From Candidatus Mnemosynella biddleae (GTDB taxonomy: Archaea > Halobacteriota > Archaeoglobi > Mnemosynellales > Mnemosynellaceae), in assembly GCA_002011165.2 (NCBI GenBank), contig MTMI02000003.1:116088-180087 (forward strand): a stretch of 64,000 nucleotides of DNA. The letters run 5' to 3'. Position numbers and translations under genes: made by a program. The notes under the pieces were generated by a model. That model had not been told where the DNA came from. It saw only the letters and a program-made list of their open reading frames with translations, and did not search any database. Shown piece by piece: positions 39,794-48,657 of this stretch. How positions within the stretch are numbered: the first letter of the stretch is position 1; every line of letters begins with the position of its first letter.

Positions 39794-41236
39794 TTAAATG
39801 TTTCTTCTCAGAGTTTCCACAACCTCACCATTGCTATCGTAGATCACAAGTTCGAGTGGCATCTTTCCAGGCAGTGTGTGCGTTGCACATGAATTGCATG
39901 GATCATAGGCTCTTATGATCATCTCTATTCTGTTGAGAACTCCCTGAGAGATCTCCTCCCCAGGTTTGATGAACTGCTTTGCCACCTGCTTGACACCCTC
40001 ATTCCACGCAAGCTGATTCTGAGAGGTTGCAACTATGATGTTCGCTTCTCTCACAATTCCGTTCTCATCCGTCTTGTAGTGATGGAAGAGAGTTCCTCTC
40101 GGAGCCTCTATAACACCAACTCCTTCGCTAGGTGTCTTCTCAAGCTTAATCCTATTCTTCGTGCTTGTAATGGTCTCCTTGTCTTCGAGAATTTCAACCG
40201 CTTTCTCGGCAGCATGCATAACTTCGATCAGCCTGCAGTAGTGATAAAGCAACGTTTGTTGAGTTGGTCTTCCGAACTTATTTCTGAATTCCTTGAGAAG
40301 CTCATTCGCCCTCTCAGTGTTTATTTCATCGCACACATTGATCCTTGGCAGGGCATTCACTCTGTAGATTCCCTTCTCTGGAGAGCCCATTCTCTTGAGA
40401 TACTGACTCTTCATTGAAGAGAAGTTGTGCACGATCTCGGCGATCTCATTCTGATAATCTCTTGCTTCAAACTCGTAGATCTCTCCATCTGGCTTCATCA
40501 CTCTGACAATTCCATGATAGAGATCGAGATAACCGTTATTCACGAGACCCATATGGCTTGTTTCAACCACTCCAAATGTATCTATGAGATCTGCATATTT
40601 GTCGAAGAGCAGTTCCTGAGCAAGTTGAATTGACTTTTCCATGAAGGGGAGAACGTCGCTCTTCACTTTTTCCAGAAGTTCTCTTCTCTTCTCCTCAGAG
40701 AGAACTGCGGTGATTCCTCCGGGAACTGCAGTCGATTGATGAAGTCTTTTTGCTCCTGTCGCAGCAACAAGTTCTTGACCAGTTGCTCTTGCTCTGATGA
40801 CCTCCTTAACGAAGTCTACTCCAACTGCATCAACGAGACCGAGAATGTTTCTTGTAGCTGGAGCGGCATCTGGGCCAAGAACAAGATCTGGAGCGGCAAG
40901 AACGTAGAAGTGAATCAGATGACTGTGGATTATTTGACCCATGTGCATGAGTTCTCTGAGCTTATATGCAGTCAGTGGAATCTCATCCTCAACTCCGTAA
41001 ACAGCATCTCCTGCTTTCGCAGAGGCGAGATGATGAGAGACGGGACAGGTTCCACAGATTGTTGAGACAATTCTTGGCATCTCCTCAACTCTTCTTCCAA
41101 CACAGAACTTTTCGTAACCTCTGAACTCCACAGTACTGGTGTGAGCATCCTTCACACTTCCATCTTCATCAAGGAAGACCTCAACTCTCATATGCCCCTC
41201 AACACGTGTCACGGGATTGATCGTAATTTTCTTCAT
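39794..41236 (-). CDS. mvhA: Group 3c [NiFe]-hydrogenase large subunit
   Basis: TRVEGH, ICGTCPVSH, EAPRGTLFH, DPCNSCATH plus cleavable tail. Confidence 0.93.
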   Translation of the reverse strand: MKKITINPVTRVEGHMRVEVFLDEDGSVKDAHTSTVEFRGYEKFCVGRRVEEMPRIVSTICGTCPVSHHLASAKAGDAVYGVEDEIPLTAYKLRELMHMGQIIHSHLIHFYVLAAPDLVLGPDAAPATRNILGLVDAVGVDFVKEVIRARATGQELVAATGAKRLHQSTAVPGGITAVLSEEKRRELLEKVKSDVLPFMEKSIQLAQELLFDKYADLIDTFGVVETSHMGLVNNGYLDLYHGIVRVMKPDGEIYEFEARDYQNEIAEIVHNFSSMKSQYLKRMGSPEKGIYRVNALPRINVCDEINTERANELLKEFRNKFGRPTQQTLLYHYCRLIEVMHAAEKAVEILEDKETITSTKNRIKLEKTPSEGVGVIEAPRGTLFHHYKTDENGIVREANIIVATSQNQLAWNEGVKQVAKQFIKPGEEISQGVLNRIEMIIRAYDPCNSCATHTLPGKMPLELVIYDSNGEVVETLRRNI

Positions 41237-41250
41237 TCAAATCACCTCAC

Positions 41251-42174
41251 TTATTGATCCTCTCTTTTCTCTTTAATCAGCGACGATGGGAGAGTGAATC
41301 TGTAGAGCCATCCAACGGGATCCACAAACTTCTTTGCAAACTCCTCGGGATCGTCTGCTTCTCCTTCCTGAGCTGCAACATCAGCCATTGCTCCAATTGC
41401 TCCGATCATCTTTGCTCCTTGATCGACAACCTGATCTGTTGGTCCGTAACATCCGATACACGGTGCGTTTCCTTCATTTACGCATATTGCCCCGCATCCA
41501 GCTCTGGTTGCCGGACCATAGCAGAGGAATCCCTGTTCAAGGAGACAGGTTTCACCATCATCATCAACCCCTTCAGTCCATCTCCTAATCGTTGGCATCT
41601 TCTTGGCATTCCTCTTTCTCTCGCACTGCTCACACAGATTGAAATTTGGAAGTTCTGGTTCTCTTCCCTCAAGAAGGGCAGTTATGACCTCCACAAAAGT
41701 TTGGGGCTGTGGTGGACACCCAGGAATCATGTAATCTACTCTGATAACTTCTGAAAGTGCATAGACTCTTTCTGTCAGCGTTATAACCTCTGCATCGGGA
41801 AGAACTTTATCTGGATTTTCAGTAGTCGGGGAGTCGAAATAAGCATAGTCCATTAGATTTTCATTTCTCCAGAGGTTACCCAGACCTGGAATTCCTCCAA
41901 AACACGCACAGCTTCCATTTGCAACTATGATTTTAGCTCTCTCTTCAAGCATCTTGGCAATGTGTTTGTTCTCCTCATTCCTTATGTTTCCTGAGATGAT
42001 TGCAACGTCAAGTTCTTTGGGAATGTCCTCGTATTTGAAGTCTGTTGCAATCTGGAGATGACAGAGATCAATTGCGTTGAGAATATCCAGAAGAGCTTCA
42101 TCAGTATCAACGATTGTAACTTCACAACCAGAGCAAACACCGAGAGCAACTATTGCAACTTTCGGTTTAGTCAA
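41251..42174 (-). CDS. mvhG: Group 3c hydrogenase small subunit
   Basis: CSGC, GSCACFGG, PGCPP, CEQC, CLLEQGFLCYGP, PCIGC. Confidence 0.92.
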   Translation of the reverse strand: MTKPKVAIVALGVCSGCEVTIVDTDEALLDILNAIDLCHLQIATDFKYEDIPKELDVAIISGNIRNEENKHIAKMLEERAKIIVANGSCACFGGIPGLGNLWRNENLMDYAYFDSPTTENPDKVLPDAEVITLTERVYALSEVIRVDYMIPGCPPQPQTFVEVITALLEGREPELPNFNLCEQCERKRNAKKMPTIRRWTEGVDDDGETCLLEQGFLCYGPATRAGCGAICVNEGNAPCIGCYGPTDQVVDQGAKMIGAIGAMADVAAQEGEADDPEEFAKKFVDPVGWLYRFTLPSSLIKEKREDQ

Positions 42175-42598
42175 TCTCCACACCTCCTTTTATCTTGCTC
42201 GGACCGAGCTTCTTAAGAGTTTCAGTGAACTCTGCAATAACCTCTGAGAACTTTTGACCTTCTGAAGCAGAGACCCATTCAAGACGAAGTCTCTCGGACT
42301 CAATGCCCAGCTGTTCGAGAACTTTCTTTAATATCTCAATCCTTCTCCACGCTTTGAAGTTTCCTCTCTGATAGTGACAGTCTGCGGGAACGTGACATCC
42401 TCCGATGAAGACGCCATCTGCGCCTCTAGCGAAGGCTTCGAGAATGAAAGAGGGATCGACTCTTCCCGAACACATTACTCTGATAAGCTTCACCGTCGGC
42501 GGATACTCAAATCTCGAGAGACCTGCAAGATCTGCTCCAGCATAGGTACACCAGTTGCAGGCGAAACCAACAATATTGGGTTCAAACTCCTCACTCAT
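42167..42598 (-). CDS. mvhD: MvhD [2Fe-2S] subunit
   Basis: CNWCTYAGAD, MCSGRVD, GCH..DCHY, WVSASEG. Confidence 0.95.
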   Translation of the reverse strand: MSEEFEPNIVGFACNWCTYAGADLAGLSRFEYPPTVKLIRVMCSGRVDPSFILEAFARGADGVFIGGCHVPADCHYQRGNFKAWRRIEILKKVLEQLGIESERLRLEWVSASEGQKFSEVIAEFTETLKKLGPSKIKGGVEID

Positions 42599-42600
42599 TT

Positions 42601-43485
42601 TCAAACACCCTCCAACTTCTTTATCAGTTCATCTCTCGGTGTCTTTGCAAACGCAAGAACCTCTTTCGGATCTTTTCCCATTGCAATTGCGAGAAGGTGA
42701 GTGTAGTACACCGAAGGAATTGCGAAGTCAATTTCACCTCTCTTCCTCAGATCATCCTGACCTATGTCAAACTGGAGATGGCAGAATGGACACACTGTAA
42801 CAACTGCATCTGCTCCAGCTTCCTTTAGGGCCAGCATCTTCTCCTTCGTTATCTTCAAAGCGAGTTCTGGATCAGTTCCTCTCATTCCCCCTCCAGCTCC
42901 ACAGCACTTCGTCTTATCTCTCCACTCAATCACTTCAGCTCCGAGAGCTTCAACGAGGACTTCAACTTTATGAGGAGACTCTGGATCCTCAAAGGTCAGG
43001 TAATCTGAGGGTCTTATAAGATGACATCCGGGATGCACAGCAAGCTTCAACCCAGTGAGCGGTCTCTTTACTGCTTCCTTAATCTTCTCCACTCCCACAT
43101 CTTCATAGAGAACCTCTGCAAGATGTCTGACTCTTATCTTTCCCTTGAACTCCCTGTTTGCTCTTGCAAGCATTTCGTTGATCTTCTTCCTCTTCTCCTC
43201 ATCATGCTTCAGCTTTTCATTTGTCTTTCTGAGAAAGCCGTAACATCCATTGCATACAGTCATCATATCGAGATTCATCTCTTCAGCAAGGGCTATATTT
43301 CTCGCACTAATAGCCATCGCAGCCATCTCATCAGCGCTCCAGAAAGCCCCTCCCGGAGGACAGCATGTCGCTTTCGGGATGTCCTCAAGCTCGATTCCGA
43401 GCTCTGGAAGAGTAGCTCTAACAGAGGCTTCGATATCCGGATATCTTAAAGGAGTTATGCACCCCAAATATATTGCGTACTTCAT
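42601..43485 (-). CDS. hdrB: Heterodisulfide reductase subunit B
   Basis: GC, CCPPGG, CNGC, HPGCH, CCGAGGG, CPFC (both CCG domains complete). Confidence 0.93.
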   Translation of the reverse strand: MKYAIYLGCITPLRYPDIEASVRATLPELGIELEDIPKATCCPPGGAFWSADEMAAMAISARNIALAEEMNLDMMTVCNGCYGFLRKTNEKLKHDEEKRKKINEMLARANREFKGKIRVRHLAEVLYEDVGVEKIKEAVKRPLTGLKLAVHPGCHLIRPSDYLTFEDPESPHKVEVLVEALGAEVIEWRDKTKCCGAGGGMRGTDPELALKITKEKMLALKEAGADAVVTVCPFCHLQFDIGQDDLRKRGEIDFAIPSVYYTHLLAIAMGKDPKEVLAFAKTPRDELIKKLEGV

Positions 43486-43486
43486 A

Positions 43487-44038
43487 TCAATCACTCGCCT
43501 TTACCTCATCTGATGGTGCTTCCCAATCTCTTCTCAAACCAAAGATATTGAGCGCTTTTGCTCCTTCAATTATCTTTTGGAGTTCCTCAACAGCCTCAGG
43601 ATACTTCGCTGCTGTGGGGGGTAGTTCCTCCAGTCCGAGCTTCTTTCTTAGCTCTTTTGCCTTCCCGATAGTTATTGCATGACCAAGAGTGTAGATATTC
43701 TTAGCGACCTCCTTCTGAGCCCCTGGAACTCTTCCATTTTCCGCTTGGAATCTTCGAACTGCAAAGATCACGTAAGTGGGATCCGCATTCTGCGGACATC
43801 TTTCATAGCAAGTGTAGCAAGTGGTACATCTCCAAACTGCTTCATCCTCGAGAAGAAGATCTCTGAGAGCAAGAGAGGCTTTGTGCATGATCCTTCTTAT
43901 ATTAAATCCAGGAAAGTTCGTTGCTGGACAATCTGCAACGCAGGTTCCACACTGATAGCATCTCTCCAAGGTTTCTGCCCCTTTTTCTTCAAGTTCTTTA
44001 AGAAATTCCTTATCCACACCTCTGAGAATGAGAACCAT
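43487..44038 (-). CDS. hdrC: Heterodisulfide reductase subunit C
   Basis: CYQCGTCVADCP, WRCTTCYTCYERCP. Confidence 0.93.
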   Translation of the reverse strand: MVLILRGVDKEFLKELEEKGAETLERCYQCGTCVADCPATNFPGFNIRRIMHKASLALRDLLLEDEAVWRCTTCYTCYERCPQNADPTYVIFAVRRFQAENGRVPGAQKEVAKNIYTLGHAITIGKAKELRKKLGLEELPPTAAKYPEAVEELQKIIEGAKALNIFGLRRDWEAPSDEVKASD

Positions 44039-44044
44039 TTCAGA

Positions 44045-46012
44045 TCACCCCTCATATTCGGAAGTAAGAGCCTGAACTTGAGCTCTGATTTGTTCATCTT
44101 TGAATCCATGCTGAACGATTGCTCCTGCCGGACAGGATGCGACACACGCTCCGCAACCCTTACAAAGCACGGGATTGATCTCCGACTTGTACTTCCCATC
44201 CTTCTCAACTATCTGTGGAGCTCCATATGGACAAACTTCTTCGCATGTTCTACAGCCACCGCAGAACTCCTCGATGACCTCCGCCACAATCGGCTCAACT
44301 TTTATCTTTCCTGTGGACAGGGGAATTGCAGCAGCAGCTGCGGCTGCCTTACCCTGAGCGACAGAATCTGGAATATCCTTTGGTCCCTGAGCGCATCCCG
44401 CTATGTAAACTCCGTCTGTATTCGTATCCACAGGCCTGAGCTTCGGATGATTTTCAGTAAGCCATCCCGTCGCTCCGCATCCAATAGTGAGGAGTCTCGC
44501 CAGCTCCTGAGTTCCTGCACTTGGTTCAAGACCAACAGAAAGAACAACCATATCAGCTTCAACAATAATCGGTTCTCCGAGATCCACATCCTCGGCTTTC
44601 ACGAGGAGCTTGTCTCCTTTCCTCTCGATCTCCCCGACCTTTCCTCTGATGAACTTCACTCCCTTTTCACGAGCCTGAGCATAATATTCTTCGAAATCCT
44701 TGCCCGGTGTTCTCATATCGATGTAGTGCACGTAGATGTCGATATCCGGATATTTCTCCTTGATTAGCCAAGTTTGTTTCACAGCATACATGCAACAGAC
44801 TCTCGAACAGTACGGATTGTGGTCCCTATCTCTCGAACCAACGCACTGTACCCAAGAGATGACCTTCGGTTTCTTCCCGTCTGAAGGTCTTTCAATGTGT
44901 CCTTTTGTTGGACCGGATGCGCACATCAATCTCTCAAACTCAAGAGCTGTCAGCACATCAGGATCATCGTAATTCAAATTCGGCATCTTTCTTGGGTCAA
45001 ACGGATCAAAACCTGTTGCGACTATGATAGTTCCGATTTCAAGCTCCACGATCTCCTCATTATTTTTCTCTATGTCCACCGCTCCCGCAGGACAGACTTT
45101 CATGCATTTTTTACATCCTATGCAGTGCTCTTTATCAACAACTGCTCTTGCGGGAACAGCCTGATCAAACTGAATGTAAATTGCCCCTCTAGTGTCAAGT
45201 CCACAATTGAATTCATTTGGAACTCTAACCGGACATTCCTGAGTGCATATTCTGCATCCAGTACATTTCTCCCAGTCAACGTAAGTTGCTTTCTTCTTCA
45301 CTTTCACTTTGAAATTACCTATATATCCGCTGACTTCCTGAACCTCCGAATAAGTGAGGAGCTCAATGTTCGGATTATTTGCAACTTCGACCATCTTAGG
45401 AGCCAAAATACAAGCGGAACAATCATTCGTCGGGAAAGTCTTGTCGAGCTGTGCCATCCTTCCTCCAATCGAAGGATTCTTCTCAACGAGATAGACTTTG
45501 AAACCCATATTTGCGAGATCAAGTGCAGCATTTATCCCAGCTATTCCTCCCCCGATTACGAGAGCTCTGTCAATGACTTCAACTTCTTTCTCTTCAAGAG
45601 GTTCGAGATACCTAGCCTTTGCAACAGCACTTGCAACAAGAAGCTTTGCCTTTTCTGTTGCTTTTTCAGGGGTGCTCGGATGAGCCCAGCTACACTGATC
45701 CCTGATATTAGCTTGTTCATAGAGATATTTATTCAAGCCAGCTGAGGCGACACACTCTCGGAAGATTGGCTCATGAGTTCTGTGAGTACAGGAAGCTACG
45801 ACAACTCTGTTCACAAGCCCATCGCGAATGTCCTTCTTAATTATTTCCTGACCAGGATCGGAGCACATGTAAAGGTGTTCCCTCGCAACCACAACGTTCG
45901 GAAGTTTTGAAGCAAACTCGACGACTTCTGGAACGTTCACGACGCCACCAATATTTGTTCCGCAGTGACAGACATAAACGCCAATTCTCGGTTCCTCTGT
46001 TTTTTCACCCAT
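44045..46012 (-). CDS. hdrA: Heterodisulfide reductase subunit A
   Basis: VYVCHCGTNI, IGGGIAG, KTFPTNDCSAC, YCSRVCC, GPKDIP, ferredoxin domains. Confidence 0.96.
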   Translation of the reverse strand: MGEKTEEPRIGVYVCHCGTNIGGVVNVPEVVEFASKLPNVVVAREHLYMCSDPGQEIIKKDIRDGLVNRVVVASCTHRTHEPIFRECVASAGLNKYLYEQANIRDQCSWAHPSTPEKATEKAKLLVASAVAKARYLEPLEEKEVEVIDRALVIGGGIAGINAALDLANMGFKVYLVEKNPSIGGRMAQLDKTFPTNDCSACILAPKMVEVANNPNIELLTYSEVQEVSGYIGNFKVKVKKKATYVDWEKCTGCRICTQECPVRVPNEFNCGLDTRGAIYIQFDQAVPARAVVDKEHCIGCKKCMKVCPAGAVDIEKNNEEIVELEIGTIIVATGFDPFDPRKMPNLNYDDPDVLTALEFERLMCASGPTKGHIERPSDGKKPKVISWVQCVGSRDRDHNPYCSRVCCMYAVKQTWLIKEKYPDIDIYVHYIDMRTPGKDFEEYYAQAREKGVKFIRGKVGEIERKGDKLLVKAEDVDLGEPIIVEADMVVLSVGLEPSAGTQELARLLTIGCGATGWLTENHPKLRPVDTNTDGVYIAGCAQGPKDIPDSVAQGKAAAAAAAIPLSTGKIKVEPIVAEVIEEFCGGCRTCEEVCPYGAPQIVEKDGKYKSEINPVLCKGCGACVASCPAGAIVQHGFKDEQIRAQVQALTSEYEG

Positions 46013-46370
46013 CAATTCTTACCTCCCTTTTTTAGAGAATCTACTTGTTTGAAGGTGGCGATAAAGCCACATATATATTTAACGAAACTCCTCCAAACGA
46101 AAAGAGATCTAGAACCGCTTTATTAACTTTTAGGCTTTTTGACTAACTTATAATGCTATTTAAATGATTTTGGTGTGTAAATAAAAGAAAATGAGGTTTT
46201 GATAGCTTTTTCGAAATTTCGGAGAAATTATAAAGATGAAAAATAATGATGTTTCCTTACCTATTTCACTCTGAGGAAAAGAAGTGGAGAAAATTTATAA
46301 TAATATAATATGTTTTGATGGGGACTGTAAAAAGCGGAGGGATGAGTGTGAAATTCAGGAGGATGATTGA

Positions 46371-47381
46371 ATGAATGGTGTCACAGTTCTTTTCGCAGAA
46401 GTCATAGCTCTCGCAGTTGGAGTTATGGCATTCACCATTGGCTATGTGAACGCTGTTGAGGTCCTCGGAAGACAGCTCGGTCTTTCGGATACTGCAGCTG
46501 GAAGCATTCTCGCATCTCTTGGAACTGCAACTCCAGAAACACTCGTTCCAGTCATAGCAATTCTTGTAGTTGGAGGAACTGGCGGTCACGAGGTTGGAAT
46601 CGGTGCTATTCTTGGTGCTCCGTTTATGTTGGCAACTATTGCTTTATTCGTTGTTGGAATCGTAGCTACTATCGGAGTTCTCTCGAAGAAAAGAGAAGAT
46701 CCATATCTCCATCTGGAAAGTGGAATTTTAAGAAACTTCAAATTCTTCTTCGTCTTCTACCCATTAGCAGTGATTGCAGCAATAATCCATATTCCACTAT
46801 TCCACAAATTACTAGCGCTGTTCTTAGTCCTTGGATATGCCTACTATGTCTACATCACGATAAAATCTCCTGAAGAAGGAGAGGAAGAAGAGGAGGGACA
46901 ACTTTTCCTTGGTAAACTGTTGAAGAAGGAGAGTACGGCACTTAGCGTTTTTCAGTTGATTGTATCACTGTTGATAATGATATACCTGATTAAACTCTTT
47001 ACAGAGAGACTCGATGAACTGGCACTTCATCTAGGCATTTCAGTAATGCTCCTCTCTCTGGTCATTGCACCTCTTGCAACTGAGCTTCCAGAAGTAGGAG
47101 GAGCCAGTGTTTTCTGGACTTGGAGAAGGAAAGATACTCTGGCTCTTGGAAATATTACGGGTGCAATGGTATATCAGAGCTCAATTGCAGTTGCAATAGG
47201 ACTGTTCTTCACCGAATGGGCTCTTGATCCGACAGTAGCGGTAACTGTGGTTCTTGCACTTATCTCCGGTGGAATAGTCTTTGCGTGGTATGCAGCAAAG
47301 AAGGAGCTAAATGCCTACACAACGCTGATTGCAGGAATATTCTACTTTGCCTTCCTGTACTACGCTTTCACCTTAGTTTAA
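46371..47381 (+). CDS. CaCA-family sodium:calcium antiporter, copy 1
   Basis: About 10 TM helices, alpha-repeats GTATPE and ATELPE, GNITG. Confidence 0.88.
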   Translation: MNGVTVLFAEVIALAVGVMAFTIGYVNAVEVLGRQLGLSDTAAGSILASLGTATPETLVPVIAILVVGGTGGHEVGIGAILGAPFMLATIALFVVGIVATIGVLSKKREDPYLHLESGILRNFKFFFVFYPLAVIAAIIHIPLFHKLLALFLVLGYAYYVYITIKSPEEGEEEEEGQLFLGKLLKKESTALSVFQLIVSLLIMIYLIKLFTERLDELALHLGISVMLLSLVIAPLATELPEVGGASVFWTWRRKDTLALGNITGAMVYQSSIAVAIGLFFTEWALDPTVAVTVVLALISGGIVFAWYAAKKELNAYTTLIAGIFYFAFLYYAFTLV

Positions 47382-48628
47382 AATTTTGAAATTTTTCATC
47401 ATTTAATTAATTTATTTTTTATATCCAAGCTCCATTAGGAGTTTCTGGTAAATTTCTTGTTTTTCTGCGACGACAATGAAGATAAATAATAAAAAATAAT
47501 GATATTTCCACCCCTCTCGGATTTGAGTATGAATGTACCAGAGAAAAATTATATAATCGTGCTAGAAGTTGTGAGAAGCTGAGGGATGCTCATGAAACTC
47601 AGGGGGATGATTAAATGAGTGATGCTACAATCCTTTTCGCAGAAGTCATAGCTCTCGCAGTTGGAGTTATGGCATTCACTCTCTTTTACGTGAACGCTGT
47701 TGAGGTCCTCGGAAGACAGCTCGGTCTTTCGGATACTGCAGCTGGAAGCATTCTCGCATCTCTTGGAACTGCAACTCCAGAGACTCTGGTGCCTTTGATT
47801 GCGATTCTTGTAGTTGGAGGAACTGGCGGTCATGATGTTGGAGTAGGTGCTATTCTCGGTGCTCCGTTTATGCTCACCACTATTGCTCTCTTCGTTGTTG
47901 GAGTTACAGCACTTATCGGACTTCTCATGAAAAGAAGGCGATCGCCCGTTCTTGATCTTGAGAGCGGAATCATCAGAAATTTCAAGTTTTTCTTCATTTT
48001 CTATCCTCTGGCAATCATTGCAGCGTTCATCAGAGTACCAACCCTTCATAAAATTCTCGGAGCTCTTCTAATCCTCGGATACGCCTATTACGTTTACATT
48101 ACCATCAGAACTCCAGGTGAAGAGCATGAAGAGGAAGAGCACGGAGAACTCTGGCTCAGTAAGCTGATCAAAAAAGAGAGTAGAGCCTTAACAGTCTTCC
48201 AGCTAATTGCCTCCTTCCTAATCATGGTTCTTCTCATAAAGATGTTTACCGAGAGACTTGACGAGCTTGCATATCACCTCGGAATTGCGACAGTGCTCCT
48301 CTCTCTGGTCATTGCACCTCTTGCAACTGAGCTTCCAGAAGTAGGAGGAGCCAGTGTTTTCTGGACTTGGAGAAGGAAAGATACTCTGGCTCTTGGAAAT
48401 ATTACGGGTGCAATGGTATATCAGAGCTCAATTGCAGTTGCAATAGGACTGTTCTTCACCGAATGGGCTCTTGATCCGACAGTAGCGGTAACTGTGGTTC
48501 TTGCACTTATCTCCGGTGGAATAGTCTTTGCGTGGTATGCAGCAAAGAAGGAGCTAAATGCCTACACAACGCTGATTGCAGGAATATTCTACTTTGCCTT
48601 CCTGTACTACGCTTTCACCTTAGTTTAA
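47047..48628 (+). repeat. Identical 335-bp direct repeat (47047-47381 = 48294-48628), the 3' thirds of the antiporter genes
   Basis: Manual base-by-base comparison, offset 1247; near-identical blocks also at the 5' ends. Confidence 0.9.
47615..48628 (+). CDS. CaCA-family sodium:calcium antiporter, copy 2
   Basis: Same motifs; tandem paralogue. Confidence 0.88.
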   Translation: MSDATILFAEVIALAVGVMAFTLFYVNAVEVLGRQLGLSDTAAGSILASLGTATPETLVPLIAILVVGGTGGHDVGVGAILGAPFMLTTIALFVVGVTALIGLLMKRRRSPVLDLESGIIRNFKFFFIFYPLAIIAAFIRVPTLHKILGALLILGYAYYVYITIRTPGEEHEEEEHGELWLSKLIKKESRALTVFQLIASFLIMVLLIKMFTERLDELAYHLGIATVLLSLVIAPLATELPEVGGASVFWTWRRKDTLALGNITGAMVYQSSIAVAIGLFFTEWALDPTVAVTVVLALISGGIVFAWYAAKKELNAYTTLIAGIFYFAFLYYAFTLV

Positions 48629-48657
48629 AAAATAAAGGGAGTAATCCCCAAATTTTT

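Noticed and set aside
43679-45745. Long + strand ORFs of 362 and 282 aa
   Set aside because: Antisense shadows of hdrC/hdrA with no motifs and Ser/Leu/Phe-rich composition
39794-46012. Selenocysteine recoding or an inactive hydrogenase (TICGTC instead of RICGxC)
   Set aside because: No in-frame TGA; all four Ni-binding Cys and the maturation tail are present, so this is likely ordinary variation
46110-46160. Roughly periodic CTT(T) units upstream of hdrA
   Set aside because: Spacing is irregular (8-12 bp) and indistinguishable from AT-rich background by eye
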